64,000 nt of DNA. Origin: Nitrospirota bacterium (GTDB lineage Bacteria > Nitrospirota > UBA9217). The stretch covers positions 224,001 to 288,000 of the forward strand of contig CAVVUN010000002.1 of assembly GCA_963751455.1 (NCBI GenBank), written 5' to 3'. Under the pieces are notes generated by a model that saw nothing but the letters and a program-made list of their open reading frames with translations, was not told the origin of the DNA and made no database searches. Each line of letters opens with the position of its first letter. The first letter of the stretch is position 1. This document shows, piece after piece, positions 63,227 to 64,000 of this stretch. A program made the position numbers and the translations under genes.

Positions 63227-64000
63227 ATGATCATTACGGATATTACTGAATTTCTCAAAAAAGTACCGCCCTTCCAGTTTTTAAGCGAGGCTGAGTTGAA
63301 AGGTATGGCTGAAATCATGTCCCTGGATTTTTATCCCCGCGATACGGTTATCCTGCGGCAGGGAGATGAGGCCAGCGACGCGCTCAGAATCATAAAGAAA
63401 GGCGGCGTCAAGGTTTCCCTGCGGAACGAGAGCGGTGAGGAAATGATGATCGATCACCGCGGAGAAGGGGACACCTTCGGGTTGATGTCCCTGATCGGCC
63501 ATGAAAAACAGAAGACGACGGTTACCGCGCTTGAAGATACGATTTGCTACCTGCTGGCGCGGGCGAAAATCCTGAAACTGATCGAGGAAAACCCGACATT
63601 CACCGAATATTTCCTGCAATCGCACTTCTCAAAATATATCGACAAGGTTTACCGCGAGATGCACAATAAGAGCCTTTTCTACGGCAGCAGCGACCACCTC
63701 CTGTTCACGACGCCGGTTGGAGATATCGCGACGAAAGAGGTCGTAACGGTCAGGGATGATGCGACCATCAAACAAGCCGCTCTCGAGATGTCAAAGCACC
63801 ACATCAGTTCATTGATCGTAATGGACGCGCACCACCTTCCGGCCGGCATCGTAACGGACCGGGACCTCCGCGAGAAGGTTGTGGCCCGGAGCCGGAGCGC
63901 CAACGACCCGGTCAGGGACATCATGTCCCTTCCGCTTGTGCGCGTGGACGTAAAGGACTACTGCTTCGAGGCCGTGCTCAAGATGATCAAGCACAACATC
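63227..64000 (+). CDS. cNMP-binding + CBS domain protein (probably DUF294 nucleotidyltransferase type), 3'-truncated
   Basis: Hand translation FLKKVPPFQFL...IIKKGGV...GEGDTFG...GIVTDRDLR; open to window end. Confidence 0.88.
   Translation, partial: MIITDITEFLKKVPPFQFLSEAELKGMAEIMSLDFYPRDTVILRQGDEASDALRIIKKGGVKVSLRNESGEEMMIDHRGEGDTFGLMSLIGHEKQKTTVTALEDTICYLLARAKILKLIEENPTFTEYFLQSHFSKYIDKVYREMHNKSLFYGSSDHLLFTTPVGDIATKEVVTVRDDATIKQAALEMSKHHISSLIVMDAHHLPAGIVTDRDLREKVVARSRSANDPVRDIMSLPLVRVDVKDYCFEAVLKMIKHNI

Overview
Bacterial chromosome segment; the gene repertoire resembles Nitrospirota/Desulfobacterota (inference only). 1-21 kb is housekeeping (ilvC, psd, pssA, leuACDB, two asd paralogues, a decaheme cytochrome, suhB, pyrF/pyrE, gmhB-like). 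21-25 kb is an M1/M28/PDZ peptidase. 25-49 kb is a type I-E CRISPR-Cas island: WYL regulator, DUF3800-like gene with a convergent structured ncRNA candidate, DEDDh exonuclease coupled to cas3, cas8e-11-6-7-5, a VapBC pair plus gene debris, frameshifted cas1, cas2, and an array of about 167 canonical repeats (hand count). 49-64 kb is an accessory region of small genes, TA pairs and frameshifted genes. Intergenic DNA is full of nested palindromic MITE/REP-like elements with target-site duplications. Best candidates for new biology: the DUF3800+ncRNA module inside the WYL/cas locus, CRISPR spacers resembling the host's own palindromic repeats, an abrupt change in spacer-length precision, the shell/core nested repeat system, and a possible small selenoprotein. 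All family assignments are by motif recognition, with no database search.
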